Sequence record: NZ_CP023006.1
Origin: a plasmid
Length of the DNA: 39,282 nt
Reading direction: 5' to 3' (one strand)
A model generated the notes under the pieces. It was not told where the DNA came from. It saw nothing but the letters and a program-made list of their open reading frames with translations, and did no database searches. Position numbers and translations under genes: made by a program. Position 1 is the first letter of the stretch. Each line of letters opens with the position of its first letter. This document shows positions 8,433-16,000 of this stretch, piece after piece.

Positions 8433-9020
8433 ATGCAACAAGTTGTCTTACCCATCAAAGATTCAAACGTTCTCAAAGAGGTGCAAGATACCTTACTCAA
8501 CAACTTTAAAGCTGGCCGGCGTAACTATACAGTTTTTCAAGTTGGCAAAGCAACACTGTTGCGAGTCAGTGATGTCATGCGCTTAAAACAAACCGATATT
8601 TTTAATCCGGACGGTTCTATTAAACAAAATGCGTTTATTCATGACCGAAAAACGGGTAAACCGAATACCTTGTACCTTAAACCTGTTCAAACAGAGCTCT
8701 TATTGTACCGTCAATGGCTGCTTGATCATAAACTGGATTCTGAATGGCTCTTTCCTTCAATTCAACACCCAGAACGCCATATCACGGAAAAACAGTTCTA
8801 CAAAATTATGAGTAAGGTTGGCGATCTTTTAAGCATTAATTATCTAGGTACTCATACGATGCGCAAAACTGGGGCTTATCGTGTTTACACGCAATCAAAT
8901 TACAATATTGGTTTAGTCATGCACTTATTAAATCATTCAAGTGAAGCCATGACTTTAGCTTATTTAGGCTTAGACCAAGCCAGTACCGAAACGATGTTAG
9001 ATCAAATTGATTTTGGTTAG
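8433..9020 (+). CDS. Short tyrosine site-specific recombinase (catalytic domain only), 195 aa
   Basis: Box I-like GKATLLRVSDVMRLKQTDIF (Arg). Box II THTMRKTGAYRVY (H-x-x-R) and LLNHSSEAMTLAYLG (H plus the nucleophile Tyr in the 'lGHss..tt..Y' pattern). Confidence 0.85.
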   Translation: MQQVVLPIKDSNVLKEVQDTLLNNFKAGRRNYTVFQVGKATLLRVSDVMRLKQTDIFNPDGSIKQNAFIHDRKTGKPNTLYLKPVQTELLLYRQWLLDHKLDSEWLFPSIQHPERHITEKQFYKIMSKVGDLLSINYLGTHTMRKTGAYRVYTQSNYNIGLVMHLLNHSSEAMTLAYLGLDQASTETMLDQIDFG

Positions 9021-9099
9021 TTTTATTTGGATTTTTAGTTGTTGCCGAAGGCAACTTCTGAGACAGATTTTAAGCACAAAACCTCCACTAATTTTTAGT

Positions 9100-9290
9100 G
9101 GCGTGTAAGTGCGCCTTGACCGAGATTTGCTCGGTTTGCGGACTCACATAGATGTTCTATGTGTAAGTGCGCATTAAACTCATTTCATTCCGTTTAATGA
9201 CGCTAAAAAATAGCTAACTTGATCATTAAAATAAAAGGTTTTTTTAGTTCAATGCGCATTTACACGTCAACTAACTTTGACGTGTTTCGA
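9100..9290. repeat. Cluster of recombinase-site-like repeats (candidate res/multimer-resolution site)
   Basis: gtgtaagtgcgcc at 9103-9115, gtgtaagtgcgcatt at 9160-9174, and inverted aatgcgcatttacac at 9250-9264 (rc gtgtaaatgcgcatt, 1 mismatch). Small IRs also occur at 9145-9159 (catag..ctatg) and 9262-9283 (cacgtcaa..ttgacgtg). Lies immediately downstream of the recombinase gene. Confidence 0.5.
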
Positions 9291-9436
9291 TACCCCAAAA
9301 ATTGTATTAGATTTCGCTGCGCTCAAACAAATCTTTTTAATTGCTTTACACCGTTTTTCTTTCTAAACTTAATCACAATCTTTGAATAACTAACTATAAA
9401 AAGATGCCTTTAATTTAAACCTGAAATAATTAGCTA

Positions 9437-9649
9437 ATGTTAGGAGTCATTAAGCTGGACGAAAAGAAAGTATTAAAACCAATTGATGAAATGCTTGCTG
9501 ATCCTTGGCAAGTTGATATTCAAGAATTGTTTGAAGCTTCTGTCAATGAACCTGACGAGATCAAAAGGAATTTGTATGATTCCCTATATACTTATATTTT
9601 ACAAAAAAGACAAGAAGATATTATTAATCGTCCTGGCTTTGCTATTTAG
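9437..9649 (+). CDS. Hypothetical small acidic protein, 70 aa (coding status uncertain)
   Basis: Clean ORF in an otherwise non-coding stretch. No convincing SD. Weak hairpin/T-run after the stop. Confidence 0.3.
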   Translation: MLGVIKLDEKKVLKPIDEMLADPWQVDIQELFEASVNEPDEIKRNLYDSLYTYILQKRQEDIINRPGFAI

Positions 9650-9729
9650 TCCTCTAAAAGCTCACTGAGGGCTTTTTATTTTTGCTTTGGTGTAAATGTA
9701 TATGAATAGTCTTAAAATCGCTGAGAACA

Positions 9730-10100
9730 AAAAATAAGGCCCTTAAAAAGTGACATAGCAGTTAAATCTTTATCAAGTTTTAGAAAAGCTAACTGTTTGC
9801 TGTCAATGGTAGCGGACGAGCAAAGCGTGGGAGCATAAGGAATTGACAGCTCTTAACTAGTCTTAACACTGAATTGGCGAAAGCCAAAGTTTCTATAAAA
9901 CTTTGCTTTCCTGCCTAACGGCGAGTGAAAAAGCGGTCAAGCTGGCTCAGCTTGGATGGGGTTCGGGGCGTTAGCGCCCGATTAAATGTGGCTTGCCACA
10001 CCTTTTTAGGCAACGAACGAAGTGAGGCGCAAGAAGCGTAGCGACTGGAGTTTAATGTGAGCCGGTTTTTGGCTCACTCCTTTGTGTTTTTTGTTTCTAG
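9730..10100 (+). other. GC-enriched, highly structured non-coding region ending in an intrinsic terminator (candidate about 350-nt structured RNA, or a cis-acting site such as oriT/ssi)
   Basis: Serial inverted repeats: gctgtcaat..attgacagc (9-bp arms, 9793-9844); caaagtt..aactttg; caagctg-gct-cagcttg; ggcg-ttag-cgcc; gtgg-cttg-ccac. The final gtgagcc-ggttttt-ggctcac (10057-10077) is followed by a T-rich tract (tcctttgtgttttttgtttc). No ORF. Confidence 0.35.
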
Positions 10101-10119
10101 ATTTTAATCTCGTACAGCG

Positions 10120-10345
10120 GTGCCTCTTATATACCTCTTTTATAAACCTCTTTTAAACCTCTTTTAGACCCCTCTTGAGCCTTACTCTCCCAAGGCTCAC
10201 AGAAGGTTATCAAGTACCTTTTGTCTGTTTATCAAGTACCTTTTGTCTGTTTATCAAGTACCTTTTGTCTGTTTATCAAGTACCTTTTGTCTGTTTATCA
10301 AGTACCTTTATAAGTTCTGTACTTGATAAAAAGGTACTTTTATTT
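10120..10345. repeat. Theta-replication origin: five about-12-bp direct repeats (wACCTCTTTTA) followed by 4.5 x 22-bp iterons (tatcaagtaccttttgtctgtt) and an inverted partial iteron overlapping the repB promoter
   Basis: CCTCTT at 10123, 10134, 10147, 10158 and 10171 (11/13-bp spacing). Iterons at 10208, 10230, 10252 and 10274 (full), with a partial fifth at 10296. Inverted copy ttgataaaaaggtactt at 10323-10339 overlaps -35 TTGATA (10323-10328), 17-nt spacer, -10 TAATAT (10346-10351). Confidence 0.85.
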
Positions 10346-10369
10346 TAATATGTGTTTGAGGTGATAATC

Positions 10370-11305
10370 ATGTCTAATGAGTTAGTTAAGTATGATCCTG
10401 AGTTGAATACTATTCCCTTGAGAAAATTTACCCCAATTGAGATGAATTTATTTTTTTCAATTGTTTCCCGCATGCGGGATCAAGGGAATAAAACTGTTCG
10501 TTTCTCTTTTGACCAGTTAAAAGAGCTTAGTAACTATAAACCAACCGCAAATAAACGTTTTATTGATGATATTGAAAATACATACCAAAAGATCCTCAGC
10601 CTTAGGTTTGGCCGTAGAAGTAAGAGTGGCTTAAATCGTGAATTTTTTGTTATGTTTACTGAATTTGAAATTAAAGGTGAAGCTGAAGAACCTTATGTTG
10701 ATATTCAGGTTTATCCCAAAGCATTGCACTTGCTAAACGATTTAGAAAGTTGGGTTCGTTATGCCCTAACAGAATTTAGAAATTTAAAAAGCAGTTACGC
10801 TAAAACAATGTTTCGTCTAATTAAGCAATTTCGAACTACTGGCTATTCTTATTTCTCTAAAGAAGATTTTTTTGAATTGCTTGATATACCTAAAAGTTAT
10901 TGGAATAGTCCTTCAAATGTTGACAAAAAGGTTATTAAGCCAATTAGAGAAGAATTAACCCCGCTTTTTAGAGGGCTAACGATTAGAAAAAAATATGGTA
11001 AAGGCAGAGGAAAACCAGTTATCGGTTATTCTTTTACTTGGAAACCTGAAAGCAAGGACGCAAATGATTTTTCTCAAGGCAAATTTCAAGATGAGCGTCA
11101 AAAACTCTTTAACATTCAACACAATGATGAATTATCAGATAAAGAAAAGTGGCGTGCAATTGACAAAGTTAAATGCTTGCCTTTAGGAACAACTGAAAAA
11201 CAGGTACTGGCTGAAAAACAAGCTGAACATGATCAAAAAATCAGAGATCAAGCAAGACAAGAAGCACTTGCTGAACTCCGAAAGGGGCTTGGAAATAATG
11301 CCTAA
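10370..11305 (+). CDS. repB: Replication initiator protein RepB (Rep_3-family, iteron-binding)
   Basis: Immediately downstream of iterons. RBS GAGGTGA 5 nt before ATG 10370 (the tool's GTG at 10352 lacks an RBS). The N-terminus MSNELVKYDPELNTIPLRKFTPIEMNLFFSIVSRM fits the Rep_3 pattern (vvk.n.Lnt....ls..E..l....is.i). Confidence 0.85.
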   Translation: MSNELVKYDPELNTIPLRKFTPIEMNLFFSIVSRMRDQGNKTVRFSFDQLKELSNYKPTANKRFIDDIENTYQKILSLRFGRRSKSGLNREFFVMFTEFEIKGEAEEPYVDIQVYPKALHLLNDLESWVRYALTEFRNLKSSYAKTMFRLIKQFRTTGYSYFSKEDFFELLDIPKSYWNSPSNVDKKVIKPIREELTPLFRGLTIRKKYGKGRGKPVIGYSFTWKPESKDANDFSQGKFQDERQKLFNIQHNDELSDKEKWRAIDKVKCLPLGTTEKQVLAEKQAEHDQKIRDQARQEALAELRKGLGNNA

Positions 11306-11390
11306 AACAATTAGAGAACTTGCTGATGAATTTGGTGTATCAAAACAAGCCATTAGGGAAAAAATAGATGCAAACTTTAGTTGTTGTTAA
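11298..11390 (+). CDS. Mini-ORF (30 aa) overlapping the repB stop; HTH-like, truncated paralog of the N-terminus of the downstream 187-aa protein (orfX remnant?)
   Basis: ATG inside aATGcc overlaps the repB end. MPKTIRELADEFGVSKQAIREKIDANFSCC* versus (M)GKTIRQLSEELKLSKQGINQRINSING at 11588. Confidence 0.35.
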   Translation: MPKTIRELADEFGVSKQAIREKIDANFSCC

Positions 11391-11483
11391 TTCGGGATAT
11401 TTGCTGTTAAAGCAACATTCATTGGTGGCAACAACCAGAACCAAATCAATTATATTTTAGCTTGAAGATTGATACCTAGTTTA

Positions 11484-11560
11484 AAAAACGACAAGAACGA
11501 CAACCAAGTTTAAGCTTTGCTTGTCGATTGGTGTTCTTGTCGTTTTTAACTTATAATTTA
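11484..11560. promoter_or_regulatory. Long inverted repeat (15-bp arms aaaaacgacaagaac / gttcttgtcgttttt) followed by -10 TATAAT; candidate operator-promoter of the downstream five-gene operon, or the repB terminator
   Basis: Arms at 11484-11498 and 11533-11547 enclose about 34 nt with further partial pairing. TATAAT at 11552-11557. Possible -35 TTGgtg at 11528-11533 lies inside the right arm. Confidence 0.5.
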
Positions 11561-11575
11561 AGGCGGATTAATTAG

Positions 11576-12139
11576 GTGGTGAAACTATTGGGCAAGACTA
11601 TTCGACAACTTTCAGAAGAATTGAAATTATCAAAACAAGGTATTAATCAACGTATTAATAGTATTAATGGCTTTCGAAGCAAACACACTTATAAAGTCAA
11701 AAACCATCTAGAAATAGACAACCAAGGCGTTAAAATGCTTGCTAATTTCGACAAGCAAAAACGACAAGAACGACAACCAAATCGGCAAGCTGAAAACGAC
11801 AAGGACAAAAATATTGATCATATCTTGCTAAAACAACTTGATGTTAAAGATCAACAAATTTCCAAATTACAAAAGTCCTTGGATCAGCAGCAACAACTAC
11901 AGTTAGCGACACTTGCCGAAAATCGTCAACTAAAGAACCATATTCAAGAATTGAGTGGTCTTCTTGAATCTTCTAATTCAATTCAAAAACGACAAGTAAC
12001 CAAGAAAAATGACAACTTTCCGAACAATGATAATTCCAGTCATATCAAGGATAAAAATGGTGTTGTCGGTACTGATGAAAAACAAAAGAAAATACATAAA
12101 AATAAAACCAATAAGAGTTGGTGGCATTTTTGGAAATAA
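11576..12139 (+). CDS. OrfX-like replication-associated/regulatory protein: N-terminal HTH + Q-rich coiled coil, 187 aa (true start possibly TTG 11588)
   Basis: AGGTGG at 11574-11579, then TTG at 11588 giving MGKTIRQLSEELKLSKQGINQRI (HTH-like; the same motif as the mini-ORF). The central region is Q/K/E-rich and predicted coiled coil. Confidence 0.65.
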   Translation: MVKLLGKTIRQLSEELKLSKQGINQRINSINGFRSKHTYKVKNHLEIDNQGVKMLANFDKQKRQERQPNRQAENDKDKNIDHILLKQLDVKDQQISKLQKSLDQQQQLQLATLAENRQLKNHIQELSGLLESSNSIQKRQVTKKNDNFPNNDNSSHIKDKNGVVGTDEKQKKIHKNKTNKSWWHFWK

Positions 12140-12176
12140 ATTTCAGAGCAGTTATCAAAACTTTGGAGGGGTATCC

Positions 12177-13091
12177 TTGAAAGAAGACCACAAACAATCA
12201 AGCGAGAATCTGAGCTCTAACGATATTCATGAAAATATAATAAGAAAATATATGCCTGATATTCTGAATATTTTACTTATTGATAGAACAACAAGCACAG
12301 CTAATGGTACTCATAATATAATTTGGGCAAATAAGAATTATCTAAAGTATGATTCCAAAAGATATGCTATGACAGCGGAAATCAAGCCCGAACTAATCAC
12401 GGGACTTATGGAAGGCATTATTCGTCCAAGAGCGTTAAAAACTAAAGAGATTCAAAAAAGACGGACTAAATCGAAAGCCGAGGTTTTTACACCAACTTGG
12501 ATAGTAAAAAAACAGAATGATGAAGTTGACAATGATTTTGCCAACGATGATTTAGAAACTTACGTAAAGCGAACCTGGCTTGAGATTACTTGCGGGGAAG
12601 CTCCTTATATGACAACTAGATATGATATGGACACCGGGAAAACTATTCCTATTGCTAAGCGTGTTGGATTCATTGATCGAAAGCTAGCTCGCATCAATAA
12701 GGAAGTTGACGGTAAATTGGAATGGCAACGGCTGGTTGAAGAATCTTATAAATCCAGCTATGGTTTTGAATGGAATGGGGATTCACTGCTATTAGCGCGT
12801 GAAAACTTGCTTTATACTTACCGTGATAATTTTTTGATTAAGTGGCATACAGAGCCAACTCTAATTTTGCTTAGATCAATTGCTAAAATCATTAGTTACA
12901 ATGTTTTTCAAATGGATGGCTTAAAATATACAATTCCTTTGACTGAAAGAAAAGAAAAAAAGATTGATCCACAAATGTCATTGTTTGAAGATTATAGTGA
13001 TGAGAAGTGGATAGTTAAGCCTGGAAAACGTGTAAAAATAATGAATTGGGAAAAAAATAAAATGGAATTTTTTGATCAAGGAGTGAAATAA
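12177..13091 (+). CDS. Hypothetical protein, 304 aa, translationally coupled to the large helicase-methyltransferase gene
   Basis: Strong RBS GGAGGGG 6 nt before TTG 12177. The tool's longer ORF from 12009 would overlap the upstream gene by 130 nt. The stop TAA at 13089-13091 is 2 nt before the GTG of the next gene. It contains EVFTPTWIV and ITCGEAPY segments loosely reminiscent of MTase motifs X and I, but has no NPPY. Confidence 0.6.
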   Translation: MKEDHKQSSENLSSNDIHENIIRKYMPDILNILLIDRTTSTANGTHNIIWANKNYLKYDSKRYAMTAEIKPELITGLMEGIIRPRALKTKEIQKRRTKSKAEVFTPTWIVKKQNDEVDNDFANDDLETYVKRTWLEITCGEAPYMTTRYDMDTGKTIPIAKRVGFIDRKLARINKEVDGKLEWQRLVEESYKSSYGFEWNGDSLLLARENLLYTYRDNFLIKWHTEPTLILLRSIAKIISYNVFQMDGLKYTIPLTERKEKKIDPQMSLFEDYSDEKWIVKPGKRVKIMNWEKNKMEFFDQGVK

Positions 13092-13093
13092 GT

Positions 13094-16000
13094 GTGAAAA
13101 ATCAGCCCGCTATTAATACAACAAAAATAGTATACCCACAAATATACGCTTATACGTTACCAACCGAGAAAGAAGATTTAGGGTGGATTAAAATTGGTTA
13201 CACTGAACGTAAAAATGTTGATGATCGTATCAAAGAACAGACACATACGGCTGCCATTCGTTTAACATATTCCAAATTATGGTCAGAACCAGCCAAGTTT
13301 GCTAAAAATGAGGGTTGGTTTAAAGATAAGCAATTTCATTCCTATTTGCGTCGTTATAAGAAAGTTAGTCAGCGTCAAGGAACTGAATGGTTCTATTATG
13401 ATGGTCATCCGCAAAAATCACATCAAGATTTCATGGATTTTCGTAACAACCAGAAATCTCAAATTAAAGAACAGCTGACTTATCAGCTAAGACCTGAGCA
13501 AGTTGCAGCAGTTCACCAAACGTTAGATTATGCCCATAATCATCCTAATAGCGAATTCTTGTGGAACGCAAAACCACGGTTTGGAAAAACTTTAACTACA
13601 TATGATTTAGCTAGAAAATTAGATGCTAAAACTGTTTTAGTTGTGACTAATCGTCCTGCGGTTGCTAACTCTTGGTTTGATGATTTTGAAAAATTTATTT
13701 CTTGGCAAACTAGTTACGCTTTTATTTCGACTAATGATACTTTAAAAGATCGTCCAGTTTTAACAATAGACGAATTTAATAATGAACCATTTAGTGGCAG
13801 TAAAAAAGACAAAATGATTACCTTTATTTCCTTACAAGATTTGAAGGGAGCAATTTCATTTGGTGGTAACTATGACAAGCTCAAATGGGTTAAAGATTCA
13901 CATTGGGATTTACTAGTTATTGATGAGAGTCATGAGGGAGTAGATACTTTTAAAACTGATATTGCTTTCAATAATATTAATCGTGACTTTACTTTAAATT
14001 TATCTGGTACGCCCTTTAAAGCCGTTGCATCAGGAAAATTTAAACAAAATCAAATTTATAATTGGACTTATGCTGACGAACAACAGGCAAAAGCAAATTG
14101 GCATGATTCAGAAAAAAATAATCCTTATAGATCATTACCAAAGCTGAATCTGTTTTCTTATCAGATGAGTCCCATGATCACAGATGAAGTTAATCAAGGA
14201 GCACAAATCAACGGAGATAATATTGACTATGCTTTTGATTTAAATGAATTTTTCGCAACCAACCAAAATGGCCATTTTATTCATGAAATGGATATAAAAA
14301 AATGGTTAGATACCTTAACACATAACGAGAAATATCCATTCTCTACTAAAGAATTAAGGAATAAACTAAAGCATACTTTCTGGCTATTAAATCGTGTTGC
14401 CAGTGCTAAGGCGCTAGAAAAATTATTAAAAGAACATCCAGTTTTTAAAGATTATGAGATTATTTTAGCAGCTGGAGATGGGCATGGTTTTGATGACGAT
14501 CAGACCATTAATGAAAAATCACTTGATAAAGTTAAAAGAGAAATTAAAAAAAATGATAAAACTATAACGTTATCCGTTGGCCAATTGACGACTGGTGTGA
14601 CTATTCCTGAGTGGACAGCCGTATTAGTATTATCTAACCTAAAATCACCCAGCCAATACATGCAAGCGGCATTTCGGGCACAAAATCCGTGGGAACACAT
14701 GGTTAATGGTCAAGTTTATCAAAAAGAAAATGCCTACGTTTTTGACTTTGCCCCTGAACGTACGTTAACTATTTATGATGAATTTGCTAACGATTTATCA
14801 AAACAAACATCAAATGGTAACGGAACGACAAAGGACCGTGAGAAAAATATCGGGAGGTTATTGAACTTTTTCCCTGTAATTGCTGAAGATAAGCAAGGCA
14901 AGATGGTTGAATTAAACGTTAACCAGGTCCTAACTATTCCAAGAGCCATTAAAGCTCAAGAAGTAGTTCGACGTGGTTTTATGTCTAATTTGTTGTTTGC
15001 AAATATATCAGGAATTTTTGCTTCAGCAGGGGCACGAGAAATATTGGAACAATTAAATCCGGTTGACACTGGTAAAAAAGTTTCGCATAAGACTGAAAAG
15101 AAAATCGATACAAGAAATGTCAAAGTCAACGATAAGGGTGAAGTTGAAGTCAATCCAGAAATTGTTGTAGCTAAAACGTCGGCCCATTTTGGTGAGAAAG
15201 TTTACGGCGATATAACTGATAAAATCGAACAAGCGTCAAATCAAGATATCAATTTGGTCAAACTTACTTCAGATACATTCAAGAAAAAAACTTTAGCAGC
15301 AGCAAAGAATATTGCTAAAGAAAATGGTTTGACTGCTACAACAGCAGAACATATTATCCAGCAACATTCAAATTTTTTGGCGCGTGAAGTTCAAGTTATT
15401 CAAAAACAAAAGAATATAAAAGAAGCTCAAAATAAAGTAGATTTAAAGCAAGCTATTGAAAAATCTCAAGATAATCCTGAAGAAATTGCTAAAGCTCAGA
15501 CAGCGTTTGAAAATAGAAAACAACAAATTGAAAGGGGGTATAAAGAAAAATTAACCAAAAAAGTTGCTGATCAGACAAAACAACTAACCAATCAAACAAC
15601 TGAAACCTTGTTAAAAAAGGCAGAAGAAAAGAAGAAAAATACGGTTGAGGATGATATTCGAGCACGTTTGCGTGGCTTTGCTCGCACTATTCCTTCATTT
15701 TTGATGGCTTATGGTGCATCCACTACAGAACTAGCTAATTTTGATCAAAATATAAAAGGTGATGTTTTCAAAGAGGTAACAGGTATCACACTTGATCAGT
15801 TCCGATCCTTACGCGATACGTATCATTTTTTCGATGAAACAACATTTAATGAATCCGTTCAAGAATTTTTAAGAAAAAGATCTCAACTTGCTAATTATTT
15901 TGACGAATCACAAGATGAGGACATTTTTGATTATGTTCCAGCCCAGAAGACCAATCAAATATTTACTCCAAAGAGAGTCGTTAAATTGATGCTTGATAAG

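Larger units (their letters stand above)
1..13094. repeat. Tandem unit copy A of the 13,094-bp plasmid-like unit; exact head-to-tail repeat (copies B and C at +13094 and +26188)
   Basis: Window length is exactly 3 x 13094. All six-frame ORFs recur with identical translations at +13094 and +26188, and spot-checked intergenic strings (terminators, iterons) are identical. Confidence 0.95.

Noticed and set aside
8629-8811. 60-aa nested + strand ORF inside the recombinase gene. Also the 61-aa ORF at 9483..9668 and the 63-aa ORF at 10995..11186
   Set aside because: Alternative-frame ORFs inside or overlapping better-supported genes. No RBS. Low-complexity translations.
9646-9690. Terminator after the 70-aa ORF
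   Set aside because: Only weak pairing (aaaagc/gctttt or cctc/gagg) before a T-run. Not convincing enough to list as a feature.
10208-10310. Possible CRISPR array (regular 22-bp repeats)
   Set aside because: The repeats are directly contiguous with no spacers. They sit immediately upstream of a Rep_3-type rep gene and are partly inverted over its promoter. These are plasmid iterons, not CRISPR repeats.
10352-10369. GTG 10352 as the repB start (MFEVII...)
   Set aside because: The predicted -10 (10346-10351) would abut it. The SD GAGGTGA is positioned correctly for ATG 10370 instead.
12009-12176. Upstream extension of the 304-aa gene to ATG 12009 (360 aa)
   Set aside because: It would overlap the preceding gene by 130 nt in another frame. 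A strong GGAGGGG SD precedes the in-frame TTG at 12177.
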